From the NCBI GenBank assembly GCA_951406725.2, contig OX597815.1, positions 196,602,001-196,666,000 of the forward strand: a stretch of DNA of 64,000 nucleotides, in the 5' to 3' direction. Position numbers and translations under genes: made by a program. This DNA comes from Octopus vulgaris. Lineage: Eukaryota. The notes beneath the pieces are model-generated. The model was not told the DNA's origin. It did no database searches and saw only the letters and a program-made list of their open reading frames with translations. Positions 27,491-40,045 of the stretch are shown here, one piece after another (the first letter of the stretch is position 1; the number at the start of each line of letters is the position of its first letter).

Positions 27491-28639
27491 CATACATACA
27501 CACACATACATGTATATATATACATACATACATATATTCATGCATGCATACATACATACATACATACATAAATGCATATATACGTAGATACATGCATGCA
27601 CGTATATAACCATCTTATTCTAAAGACTAAAAATGATCAGTGAAGGAAAAAAGTACATTTTAGAAAGTAACGTACTAACATTTCATGTTTCAGAAATTCC
27701 CTCCTGAGGTGCTGATGTTACTATCAGTTAGATTCTGCATTGTCTACACACGATCATTGAGAAAATAAAAGAAAAAAAAGAAAAACATGTCGAAACACAA
27801 GTTGAAATCCATCTTTAATACAAAATATGAAAGTAACGATAGTACGATAGTACTAATGTAACGCGCGAAGTTGAAAAGAAATGGAGATAAAATAAAATTG
27901 CGCTCTGACGCTTTCGACTATGACTATACAGTTGTGAGCACGTACAGCTGCTGAACATTCCAGGTACGTGTGTGTTCCAACACTATTCTCCAGTGGAATC
28001 TCTTTTGCAGAGTTTGTCATACATTTACATGTATTCTTCAGGCTTCCAACGAATTTCCGACTGCACATTAACACTCACAAAAGCCAAGGCGATCCGATTA
28101 CTTGTCGAGGATTCTATGCAATTTTATCGAGACTAGAACCACGTGATTGCGAACTGAAATTTTTTAACATTTGAGAATGCAGCGTCCATGGCAACAGAAC
28201 GACCATGCTCGTGGCAGTGAATTTAAGTGAATTATGTCAATTTAAGATATTGAAAATTTAAGTAATTAAAAATTTAATAAATTGAATATTAATAAAAGCT
28301 GATAATATCCTTAGATTCTGGGTGTTGGAAATTATATAATGTCATTTCGCTATTCAATACGCAAAAAGATGTTGAATGATAATATAAGATCATTCGAGAC
28401 ACTTTGGAAAACGTTTATGAATTGTGAAATTAAGCTGGCATGAATTTGGTTTATGAAGGCATACTGTATTAAATAATCTCAACAGATGTATTTATGAAAA
28501 TCTAAGAACGAATTGTCTTCTTATCCAATAAACTCAACAAGAGAAATATGTAAAAATGTGGGTAATATTTAACAAACAATTAAAGAGTAATAATAAATAG
28601 GCTAATAATAAATTACCTAAAATTAGATATTGGTTTCCC

Positions 28640-29064
28640 ATTATGGAACATAGTCAGTAATGTTGTAGAAGGGGGTAAGTCAATAACATTGATCCTAGTG
28701 CACAACTGGTACTTATTTCATCGATCTCGAAGAGATGAAGAGCAACGTCAACCTCGAAAGAATTTGAACTGAGAACGTACAACACGGACAAAATGTTATT
28801 AAGCATTTTCCCCGGCGTGCTAATCATTCTTATTTCTTTATTGCCCACAAGGGGATAAAGATAGAGGGGGAAAACAAGGACAGACAAAGGGATTAAGTCG
28901 ATTACATCGACCCCAGTGCGTAACTGGTCCCTAATTTATCTACCTCGAAAGGACGAAAGGCATAGTCGAGCTCGGCGGAATTTGAACTCCGAACGTAACC
29001 GCAGAAGGAAATACTGCTAAGAATTTCGCCCGGTGTGCTAACCTTTCTGCCAGCTCGCCGCCTA
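28640..29064 (-). mobile_element. Two SINE family B copies (younger 28829-29064 joined to the head of an older one)
   Basis: Two successive reverse-complement family B bodies of different divergence. Confidence 0.8.
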
Positions 29065-30930
29065 AGAAATTAAATATATGGAAAAATTAGTATTTGAATA
29101 AAACTTTTCATACGAGGCCAACAGCACGTTTAAACATCAAAGTATCAGATGAACACATTAATCGGTCATTATAAATCTATATAACATGTGAGTACATGTT
29201 GCTCCAAATATTTCAAATATGAATATGCAGTGGTCCAATTAAACGATCTACTTCTCACTTAACTAAATAGTAAGATACCGAGCATTCCACTGTCTTATGT
29301 ACTTTTAAAACAAACCTCTAGTGGGACAACGTGTGTGATAAGTTTGGACTTTTGTATTGCATGTGCAAGCAAACTGTAAAATCGAAGTAGCCTTGTGTAT
29401 CGGTCCTATGTTCCCAATTACACTAACAAGGGTTGGGCTGATCCGTGGTTATGCCAAAACACGTCTGCCTGAGAAGGCAGGCATTGTGTTCAATAACCTG
29501 GTGTTGTAAATGAATGGAAAACTTATTAAACGTTAAAGTGTTCTGCGTGAGTTAGTAAAACAATCACTAAATTCACAGACGTTCAAAGTATTACTCTTTG
29601 CAGATCGGCAACATTTTAAAATGCTACCAACAAAATATCAAACACATCAAAAAATATTGAAAATGAGTAATGTGTAAGCTGGCTATGTAAAAAGGATTGT
29701 CGAGATTTTGACATCAAACGTTAGCTATAAACATGGTATTTAAAAGCAAATTGCGGATTGTACTTGAATTAAGTACTCAAAATGCATTTAAATTTATAAA
29801 TTTATACTGATTTCAAAAATGATTGAAACCTTGGAAAATAAATACAAGTGGAATTTATTATATATATACGTATTTTGTTTCATATATTGCTCCAGAAGCA
29901 AGTATTATAATTCCATATGGTAAAAAGGCCGAAACAAATCTTCATCACTGGAGATCACAAAGCTTCATCACGTAAGCGAAAATATATACAAATACAAAAT
30001 GGGACAAGAACGCAAAACATCCAGACAGTTAGGTGATACAAAAAAGGGACAACAAAATATCCAGATAGACGATAGAAAGAAAACAAGGATGGGTCATTCA
30101 GAGTTTTCTTTCTTCAGTCGAGTTCCAGATTATCTTTGCAATTTCGGCTGGTTATACTCGAGATTGCTCCAGCTTGGCCAGCGCCAAGGAAAAACTAAGC
30201 TAAGAGCAATAGATTCCTTGGAAGAAAACAGTGAATGTATACGAAAACAAGGACGTAAAAAAACGAAGAATGTTACACAAATACAAATAACAAGACATAG
30301 GAACAGGTGTCTTTCGACTGACGAAGAATTAAATTAAGCTGGCGTGTGTAGAAATAAAGCCTTACGGCAGGGATACAAGATGTCACGGACAGAGGGAGGA
30401 ATATAGATGTTGCACGGACGGCGGCCGAAACAAGAAAGAAAGGGGAGGCTTGGCCGAACACCGGTCACGTGGGGAATAAAGATAGAGAGGTAGAGGCGGA
30501 GGGATAGAAGAATTAAGGAGCGGCGAGAAAAATGACAGGGACACAGTGAAGTGAAAAGAGGAGGGGAAGTGAGACTGAAGAGCAGGCAAGGAAATGTGAG
30601 AGAGGGGGACGAAAGAACGAAGAGTGGAATGAACGAAGTAAGCGTGAAAGGGCTGATAGAGAGAAAGAAAGAATAAAAGAAAGAATAGAGTCGTACAAGA
30701 TTTAGATAAATACATACATATATGCGTGTATAAGTGTTTGTGTGTTTCTGTAGGTGTCTATTTTCCTCCTGCAAGTAGAAAAGTGCTCATGTAAACGGAA
30801 GGTAAGCGGAGGAATGAAAGTTAAGAGGTAGTAGGAAATTTGTTTGATTATTACATTAGAGAAGGACACACATAAGCAAACAGATGCATAATTCGTTTAT
30901 ATATGTGCGTATGTGTGTATGCATGTATGT

Positions 30931-31002
<72 letters not shown>

Positions 31003-31475
31003 ATATAGAAACATACATGCATACACATGCATATATATATATATATGTATGTCTGTATTTATATGAACAGAGACGGAAGACTGGAGATAATTTGATACAT
31101 CGCAAGCTTGTTAAATAAATATATGTAAATATAAATTTACATTTAAAATGATCTATATTATTTTGGAGCGCTGTGTATATAGGAATTATTCGACTACGAA
31201 TATACATACCTAGTCGTGTCGTCTCTATGTAATTCATTTTTAGATAAACAAGAAACAAGTAAGAGTAAATAGGCAACCACATTAAATTTATGAAAATTAA
31301 AGAAAAACAGTTTTGTAATATCGTGAATAAATTCGTTCATGCATGAATATACTCAAAGAATTAACCAAATTACCAGTATATGAATCCAACTTTCCAATAT
31401 AACTGGAATTATATTAATATAAAAATTTAATGTCATCTAACTTTGTATTAAATTAAAGAGAATATGTATATATAT

Positions 31476-31868
31476 ACTCTTTTACTCTTTTACTTGTTTC
31501 AGTCATTTGGCTGCGGCCATGCTGGAGCGCCGCCTTTAATCGAGCAACTCGACCCCGGGACTTATTCTTTGTAAGCCCAGTACTTATTCCATCGGTCTCT
31601 TTTGCCGAACCGCTAAGTAACGTAAACACACCAGCATCGGTTGTCAAGCAATGCTAGGGGGAAAAACACACACACGCATATATATATATATATATACATA
31701 TATACGACGGGTATCTTTCAGTTTCCGTCTATCAAATCCACTCACAAGACTTTGGTTGGCCCGAGGCTATAGTAGAAGACACTTGCCCAAGGTGCCACGC
31801 AGTGGGACTGAACCCGGAATCATGTGGTTGGTAAACAAGCTACTTACCACACAGCCACTCCTGCGCCT
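31476..31868 (-). mobile_element. SINE family A
   Basis: Full tail, internal microsatellite and head. Confidence 0.9.
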
Positions 31869-31981
31869 ATATATATATATATATATATTCAATATAATTT
31901 ATACTGAAGCATCTAAATCTTCAACACTGAGAGTCCACGCATAATGGTTTCTCTCTGATCTGTAACAAAATAATGTTTATA

Positions 31982-32051
<70 letters not shown>

Positions 32052-32195
32052 CATAAAGATTATTTTGCTACTGGCTTTGAAAGAATTTTTCTTCGCCCAT
32101 TCCCTTGCGATCATTTCAATATGTGACCGCGTGTGTATCGTTGGCGATTTTCTTTTTCCGTCTTCCCTTCCTTGGATTTTCCGTTTTTTTTCTAT

Positions 32196-32230
32196 ATTTC
32201 TGACGAAGAGCTCCGCTCAAAACGTTAAAT
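32196..32230 (+). ncRNA. Minimal hammerhead relic with G12A change, in a short element between (TA)n tracts
   Basis: attt-CTGACGA-a-gagc(tcc)gctc-AAAA(for GAAA)-CGTT-aaat. Confidence 0.55.
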
Positions 32231-32233
32231 CCT

Positions 32234-32290
<57 letters not shown>

Positions 32291-32751
32291 GTGTGTGTGT
32301 GGTGTGAGTGAGTCTATATGAGCAGGCGCATGACCGTGCGCGCCCACGTATATATGTATATCATTTCTCAATGATTTAAATCTAAATGCTCTTCATTAAT
32401 GGTATGCAGTTATTTAATACAAATTACCCTTCAATCACGACCAATATATTAATATTAAATCAGCTCTCTCAAAGTTAATTGGCTTTACATTTCACATTAA
32501 GTAATACCCAGCATATCAGTTATGCTCAAAACGATAATCATGAAATATCAAACAGTTGTCAAAACTGGGTCAATCTATTGTCTAGGGTTGTAACCTTTCT
32601 GCAATTACTATTAACCGTTCTGACCGAAATCCATTTAAGCGAAAATTAATAAATAAATGATTTGTTTCTGCCATCAGATTTATCGTGCAAACAACTCGAA
32701 CAAATCTGGTAAAATTCTGCATTAAATTTGTGTTATTAGGGACAGACGGGT

Positions 32752-32897
32752 TTCATCTCAAATTCACGAAAGTTAAACGAAATACTAACATATTTTTGAT
32801 TAGGCAGGGCTACGTATAAGAATGTTTCTCTGAATGTTGATATTGATGAGGAGGAGACCATGAATCTGGTGAATCTGATGGTGATGATGATGATGGT
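32752..32897. repeat. About 146-bp direct repeat, copy 1 (copy 2 at 36668-36817)
   Basis: ttcatctcaaattcacgaaa...gatgatgatgatggt aligns with a few substitutions and a small indel. Confidence 0.9.
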
Positions 32898-32912
32898 TTT
32901 AAAAAATAATCA

Positions 32913-32952
<40 letters not shown>

Positions 32953-32959
32953 TAATAAA

Positions 32960-34810
32960 TCCTTAATACCTCTCTCAAAGCTGCTCAATGACGCGCAGTA
33001 CGGGTATAAAATGTTTGATAAAAATATAAATCATCTCGTTTACATGGATGATTTAAAGCTTTTTGCAAAAAATGATCAACAACTCAAGGGCTTACTAGCG
33101 ATAGTCAAACAATTCAGTGACGACATCAGAATGCAATTCGGCCTCGATAAATGTGCAAAGGCTACCTTTATCAAAGGAAAAATGACAGAAACATCTAACG
33201 TTAACCTTGACCAACAGAATGTCATAAAAGAACTAGACCCAGCGGAGAGCTACAAGTACCTAGGGATAATTGAAGGGAACGGAATAAGGCATTCAGAGAT
33301 GAAGGAAAGGATCAGGAGAGAATGCTATCGAAGAGTGAGAGCAATACTCAAGACAGAGCTGAATGCAAGAAACAGGATCGAAGCAATCAATGCATTAGCT
33401 ATACCAGTCGTGACTTACAGTTTCAATATTGTTAACTGGTCAATTACTGAAATATGTCAGCTCGACAGAAAAATAAGGAAACTGTTGACAATGCATAGAA
33501 TGCACCACCCTAAGGCAGATACAGAACGACTCTATCTGCCAAGAAAAGAGGGAGGCCGTGGTCTTTTGCAACTGGCAATAACAATGAAGATTGCTACAAT
33601 TGGCCTAGACACCTACCTGAAAAACTCTGAGGACTGGATGCTAAAACTTGTCTCAAAACATGAAAACAAGAAAGCATCATACTCAGTCACAAAACAGGCA
33701 AAGGAATATCTAAGTGAACTCCGAATACAACCAATTTCGGAATTAGAGATAGATATACAAGAAACAAGCACAGAAAAAGCTAGGCGCATGAAAACCCGTG
33801 CCAAAACTGCGGCCTTAGATATTCTGAATAATAAATGGCAAGAAAAACCTCTCTATGGCAAATACCCAAAGAGAGCGAATAATGCAGATATCGACAAAGC
33901 CCTGACCCATCAATGGCTAATGGCCTCTGGCTTAAAATCTGAAACAGAGGGGTTTATCATAGCAGCTCAAGATCAATGCCTACCAACAAGAAACTACCAG
34001 GCCAACATATTAAAGATCAGAAGCAGTCCAACGTGTCGTGTATGCAAGCAACAAAATGAAACCATTGACCATGTGGTCTCCAAGTGCAGTCTTCTAGCGC
34101 CTACAGAGTATCTCAACAGGCACGATAGAGCTGCACAATATATTCACTGGGTAATCTGTAAAAACCTGGATTTGCCCCATGAAAAAAACTGGTGGGAACA
34201 CAAACCACCCCCAGTGCTTGAAAATGACCACATCTCACTCCTCTGGAACTTCACCATTCAAACTGACAGGAAGATAGATGCAAATAGGCCAGACATCATA
34301 TTGAAAAACTTCAAACAAAGAACATGCCTCCTCATTGATATGACTGTCCCAATCGATATAAACGTATCTGTCAAGACCTACCAAAAACTGAGCAAATATA
34401 AAGATCTTGAAATAGAAATCAGCAAAATGTGGAAGCTGAAGACTAAAACAATACCTGTTGTCATAGGTGCCCTGGGAATGATAGCAAAAGGGGCTGATAG
34501 CTACCTAACTCAGATACCAGGAAACCCAAAAATGGCAGAAGTTCAAAAGATAGTGCTCATGGGAACTGCTCATATCCTACGCAAAATACTCTCTATGTAA
34601 TCTCAAGGTTTAAAACAAACATAATTTTCGGTTTAAAAAAAAAAACCTTTTTTTCTTAGACATTTATTAGTACAACATCCCCACCCCCAAATATATGGCA
34701 CACTAGGCATAACAACAACATGAACTTCCAACCCTGTTGTCTCTTGAGGTCTCTGGGTGAGACTTGGAGCCAACTTGTACAAATATAAAGCAAAAGTCAA
34801 ACATAGAATA
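32960..34810 (+). mobile_element. 5'-truncated non-LTR retrotransposon, R4/Dong clade, in (AAT)n
   Basis: Both junctions are (AAT)n tracts; the frame is open from about 32960 (LIPLSKLL) to TAA at 34600; about 210-bp 3' UTR. Confidence 0.9.
33011..34600 (+). CDS. Reverse transcriptase C-terminal half, CCHC knuckle and restriction-like endonuclease (partial ORF of the Dong-like LINE)
   Basis: HLVYMDDLKLF, FGLDKCAK, YKYLGI, LYLPRKEGGRGL, CRVC..ETIDHVVSKC, RHD, RPDI..ID..P..K..KY. No stops over 529 aa. The Met is internal, not the true start. Confidence 0.93.
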   Translation: MFDKNINHLVYMDDLKLFAKNDQQLKGLLAIVKQFSDDIRMQFGLDKCAKATFIKGKMTETSNVNLDQQNVIKELDPAESYKYLGIIEGNGIRHSEMKERIRRECYRRVRAILKTELNARNRIEAINALAIPVVTYSFNIVNWSITEICQLDRKIRKLLTMHRMHHPKADTERLYLPRKEGGRGLLQLAITMKIATIGLDTYLKNSEDWMLKLVSKHENKKASYSVTKQAKEYLSELRIQPISELEIDIQETSTEKARRMKTRAKTAALDILNNKWQEKPLYGKYPKRANNADIDKALTHQWLMASGLKSETEGFIIAAQDQCLPTRNYQANILKIRSSPTCRVCKQQNETIDHVVSKCSLLAPTEYLNRHDRAAQYIHWVICKNLDLPHEKNWWEHKPPPVLENDHISLLWNFTIQTDRKIDANRPDIILKNFKQRTCLLIDMTVPIDINVSVKTYQKLSKYKDLEIEISKMWKLKTKTIPVVIGALGMIAKGADSYLTQIPGNPKMAEVQKIVLMGTAHILRKILSM

Positions 34811-34830
34811 ATAATAATAATAATGATAAT

Positions 34831-34865
<35 letters not shown>

Positions 34866-34869
34866 TAGA

Positions 34870-35150
34870 ATTTGAAATATGGAAATTGTAAAGGTTGTGC
34901 CTATAATTATTGATGTATTTGGAGCTGTAGGCAAAGATATAGACAACTTCTTGAAGAAGATTGGAACAGAATGTTCTTGTAAAGCTTCTACCGAGAGTTT
35001 GCCTCTAAGATATAAGAAATCAGCTCTCTCAAAGTTAATTGGCTTTACATTTCACATTAAGATATAAGAAATATTAACAGGAGAGTTCTACGAACTTGAA
35101 AGACTCTTAACAGCTAGTGCATACTTAAGGTTATAAATAGTAAGCCGCTA
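34870..35150 (+). mobile_element. Older Dong-like LINE 3' fragment
   Basis: NMEIVKVVPIIIDVFGAVGK...KIG parallels MWKLKTKTIPVVIGALG of the adjacent element; follows an AAT/AAC tract. Confidence 0.65.
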
Positions 35151-35594
35151 CCCACATAAACCTTGCCAATAATAAGCTCGAACTTCAGTCAAATCAAAAA
35201 CAATTCTGAGAGAGGGGCTTGTTTATTACAGTAAAATACACGGATCGATCAATCTCTGTACTTGATTGGTACTTACTTTTATAGATCAGAAATGATGAAA
35301 GGCAAAATCCACCCCGGTGGTGTTTGAAGTCAGAACGTTGAGCGAAACCACTCCTAAGCATTTTGTTTAATGATCTGGCGATTCTGCCAACTACCCGCAT
35401 CATGGCATGAGCACAAACTACAAAGAGTGACTGAGTCGGAGACATACAAAAAAAAATCCTGTGGGGTTTCCCAATCCCAACAAATCATGTGCCTGGGCAC
35501 AACAAGCCAGGACATTGTAGCGGTGGACTAGGTGAACCACATGTGCTCTGTAAGGGATTTTGAGTACACCTTTGACCTTCAAATAGTTAAGAAG

Positions 35595-35830
35595 GAAGCA
35601 AAAGGTGGAGATAGTGCCAAATATTTTTGAGCCCTTGAGGACAGTATCAAAAGGTATCAAGAGGAATATAATAAAAGTAGGAATAGAATGCCCAGTAGAG
35701 CTTTTGCTAATGTTGTTACACGCCAGAATCATCAAGAAAGTATTAGATAGTTGAAAAGAACAGCTACCATTGTACCCTCGACTGCCGATAGCAAACCCGC
35801 TGTACCAGAAACACTCCAGGAATTCCAGAC
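35595..35830 (+). mobile_element. Second old Dong-like LINE 3' fragment
   Basis: KVEIVPNIFEPLRTVSKG...VGIECPVELL...ARIIKKVLDS* parallels the R4/Dong C-terminus. Confidence 0.6.
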
Positions 35831-36326
35831 CGAGTAAAAATGAAAATAATAATTCAACCTGAGTTAAAAGTAAAATAAAGATAATTCTTTTTGCAACAGG
35901 TACAAGGCTTGAAATATTTTGCCGATCCCAGTTGACAACTTGTAAATATATCATCTACTCAGAAAGAATGAACGACAAATTTTGACATCCACAACATTCG
36001 AACTCAGAACGTAAAGCCAGAATAGATTCTTTTATGTCTCAGACTCAGCCTCTAAGCACATTGCTCGGTTCTACCAAGTAGCGCCTTGATAATAATAATA
36101 ATGGAGGTATTGTCTTTTTTTCGGGAGCGCAAAAATATCTTAGTGAAGAATATCGGATCCAAAGATTAGCTTCTATTAAGCAAAATATAGTTGCACGAGA
36201 CATCAATATAACTTGACAGTATGCTTAATAGATTACAAGAAGCCGTATGATTCGGTTCTGCTCTCCTAGACACCAGAGTGCATGACGTTGCTTTGAGTAG
36301 TATTCAAAGCAAGCGTCTTCTCCTAT

Positions 36327-36428
36327 AGATATGGAACACTTCACGAATTTCCGCGTCACCCTTACACTGCAGCCGTACTAATGTTCTCTGTATAGCAACA
36401 ACTTTAGAATATGTATTGGCGAAGCGAC
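36327..36428 (-). pseudogene. U6: U6 snRNA pseudogene
   Basis: Minus strand tcgcttcgccaatacatattctaaagttg..atACAGAGAacattagtacggc...aagggtgacgcggaaattcgtgaagtgttccatat is colinear with U6 over its full length, with many substitutions including the AGC triad. Confidence 0.85.
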
Positions 36429-36667
36429 CTCCAGATCCTGGAAAAATTAAAATGTAGAAACATTTGAAAAACGATGTTATGGAAGGTCGAATTTGAATTT
36501 AAATAGCAAATAGGAAAATATTATGACAATAAACGTCTGACCAGCTGTAGTAATGATGTATCGACCACTTCCGAAATAGGAAAAATGAGAAATTCTAAGC
36601 ATAAATAGAAATACGTTAACAGCAATTATAAATTATATCCCTGCATTGTAAAAAGTAATAACCGCAC

Positions 36668-36817
36668 TTCATCTCAAATTCACGAAAATTAAACGAAATA
36701 TTAACATATTTTTGACTAGGCAGTGCTACGTATAAGAATGTTTCTCTGAATGTTGATATTGATGATGAGGAGAATAACTATGAATCTGATGAATCTGATG
36801 GTGATGATGATGATGGT
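36668..36817. repeat. About 146-bp direct repeat, copy 2
   Basis: See 32752-32897. Confidence 0.9.
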
Positions 36818-37539
36818 ATTATCTACTCGGTAGTTTGATTACACAAATGTAGGTTACATTCTTGGTTGGTACCTACAGAACAATGTTGAAATTTGGCTGA
36901 TCAAAGTAAAAATGTGAGATTTTATGAAGACGAGAGATTAAGAAATAATGACTGTAAAAAGAAAAAAAAGTAAATTAAAGAACAGCACGAAAAAGAATGA
37001 TTATAAAGGAACGGCAAAAAAGAATGATAAATATTGTATGGCTAAACTGAAGCAGAGGGAATTAATGATATACATGATAAATAGATAGTTATACAATCAT
37101 TGTTGAATGGATGCGAAAACAGACCTTAAACTTCCAAGTGAAACCTTAATATATGTATCCCAAGTGCAATCACAGAACTAATTATGAGAAACTTAATATC
37201 GACAAGATGTTAGTCGCCACTACGTAGTCTCCGTAGAGTTAGAGATGAAGCAGTAAACGATGTTGTCAATACAGTATAATAGTAGAAAATATACATAAAT
37301 TGAAGAAGTGTAGCATCTCAAAGCATTTTCACTGAAATTAATATCAGCTAAGCAGAAGAGAAAATTAGTAAGAGAACCAGCGTGACCCAGTCGTACTGCA
37401 CGACGGAATGGAGCGACTCTGATAGACTTCAAGTTGATATAGTTGAAAAATAAGCTTTTCTTGCATATTTAATATGGCATCAAATAACCCGGCATAAGAC
37501 AGTCTTTTATTTTTGTAATGGTTATGATGTTAATACTGG

Positions 37540-37737
37540 TTTCAAATTTTGGTTCAAGGCCAGCAGTTTTAGGAGAGCAGTTTTACATCAACCACAGCAT
37601 TCAACTGATAATATTTTATTGACCACCGAAAGGGTGAAAGCGGAATTCGAAAATTTCAACTCAGAATGTGAAAACGGACGGAAAGACGTTAAGTATTTAG
37701 ACCGGCGTGTTAAAGATTCAGCCATCTCGTCGCCTTA
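37540..37737 (-). mobile_element. SINE family B-related, old copy
   Basis: aactgat..ttttattgacc.ccgaaagg.tgaaag...aactcagaa...ccggcgtgttaa...cgcctta. Confidence 0.65.
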
Positions 37738-37763
37738 GATGATGATATTAATATTAAAAAACA

Positions 37764-37764
37764 T

Positions 37765-37799
<35 letters not shown>

Positions 37800-37812
37800 C
37801 TACTACTACTAC

Positions 37813-37875
<63 letters not shown>

Positions 37876-37928
37876 CACCACCACCTATACTACTACAACT
37901 ACTGACGATAATGATAATTATAATGATA
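37764..37928. repeat. Compound (ACT)n/(AAT)n microsatellite
   Basis: Direct reading. Confidence 0.95.
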
Positions 37929-38595
37929 AGACTTCCCCTGTTTCCTTATCAATGGTCTGCTAGCGCGTCACCCCCTTAATTGTCAGATAACATCTTGTTT
38001 TACGTTTTCCTAACCAAACCTCATGATATTGCTTCTAATAATTTTTTTTTTTTTTACTATACCAACTATGATGTCTGTCTGGTCCCTCAGCCCCAATAGA
38101 TACTGCTATCTCTTCTTTCAGCCTTAGATATACAAGGGATTTGACAAACTAGACTATAAATTAAAACTGACCCCATAAAACAAAAAACAATCAGGACAGG
38201 CAGAGTCTGTAACAATGTATATCTTCTTGTAAAGCTTAGTAACTTCTACGCTGGAGTGAGACAGCATGTTCTTTGTCTATCTCCTTAACTTCTTGGAGAT
38301 TAGGTATATTTATACTAATCTGTCCATCTGTTCTAATTTAATTAAATTCTATGTCTTTGTGCAGTTGAAGATTGCTCTGCATTTTAAATTGATGTAATGA
38401 TTGCATTTTTCAATTAAATAGAGTTGCATGAAACGATCGTACTGCATTACCCCTGGATATCCTTGTTGCTTAATTTGATTTTAATCACCTTACTTTGAAA
38501 TTGTATGCATAATACAGTACTAAATTCTGGTGCCCCCACTTAAGTACCAAATTTATCTCAATCTCTCTCTGTCTTTGCCTGTCTGTCTATCTCCC

Positions 38596-38668
<73 letters not shown>

Positions 38669-38681
38669 TATAAATAAATAA

Positions 38682-38730
<49 letters not shown>

Positions 38731-38799
38731 GGAGTAAACACATAAATGTGAAACAAGGTGGAAAAAAGAGTACTCAAATACCAGTGGTAGAGTAATATG

Positions 38800-38859
38800 C
38801 TTTATTTAAAGCAGCAGAAAATTCAACAAATGTTGAATTTTCTGCTGCTTTAAATAAAG
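38800..38859. repeat. Perfect palindrome (29-bp arms, 2-nt loop) in a short element between (TA)n tracts
   Basis: ctttatttaaagcagcagaaaattcaaca-aa-tgttgaattttctgctgctttaaataaag. Confidence 0.9.
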
Positions 38860-38938
<79 letters not shown>

Positions 38939-38947
38939 GTATAAATA

Positions 38948-39057
<110 letters not shown>

Positions 39058-39825
39058 TATACATATTCCATACGATACTTGTGCCCGAAAGATCTAAGTA
39101 ATGTTTTTGATGCATGATATAGTTTGGAAGTATGATATTATGACATTTAAAAACTTCATTAGATCATGTTTATTTTTTCCGATATAATCTACTCGATTGT
39201 AATTAATGTATTTAACCACTGGTTATAGTATTTGTTACAAGAGATACAATACATAACAAAAATTTCCGAAGCATCATGAATGCATATCGCATCAGTGAGT
39301 TGTAGCGTGGATCGTTTATCCTGCAAAAAAATAACAGAAGGAAAATAATACATCTTAATATCTAGATAATCAGAAATATATAACTACATCGTCAACTTTT
39401 ATTTTAAAATACGGGAAATCTGAAGGTAATGCAATCCCACAGAAATTTACAGCAATATTTTCATAATTTTGCCTATTTTCCAAAAATTCGGCAGACAACT
39501 TGAATACAATTTTATCTCATAAATATCTAGGAAAATGATATTTGATACAGCTTTTATTCTGTTGAGAATGACAAGAGTATTGTCTGAATTTCATTCGAGT
39601 GTCCAATGAACCCATACAGTAATTAACGTATAATTATACAGTAATTGATGTATAAAGTGGAATTTTCTAGCTTTTTATAAATAGCTTGACAAATAACAGA
39701 GAGTCAAATAAAAATGTGTCACGAGAAATCAACAGAATTAGCTAATATAAACAGTAAGATAAAGCAACTGAAAAAAACTGAAATGGGTCCATTGAACCCA
39801 TTGGTAGACAAAAGATTAATAAATC

Positions 39826-40045
39826 GGCGACCTGACAGAAACGTTAGCACGCCGGGCTTAGCTGGGCTTAGCTGCATTTTGTCTACCTTTACGTTCCGCG
39901 TACAATTTCAAATTACGAGGTGGACTTTGCCTTTCATTCTTTCGGGGTTGATAAATTATGTACCAGCTGCATACCGGAGTCGATCTAATTGAATGCCCCC
40001 CCTACCCAAAAATTTCGGGCCTTGTGACTAGAGTAGAAAAGAATA
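39826..40045 (+). mobile_element. SINE family B-related, older subfamily
   Basis: ggcgacctgacagaaacgttagcacgccggg...ctttgcctttcatt...tagagtagaaaagaat; same tail as 5627-5847. Confidence 0.75.

Noticed and set aside
29985-30780. ORFs of 110-146 aa in a purine-rich block
   Set aside because: Low-complexity strand bias; probably an unclassified repeat with no protein motif.
35418-35954. 178-aa minus-strand ORF
   Set aside because: Antisense shadow of a Dong-like fragment plus SINE remnants.
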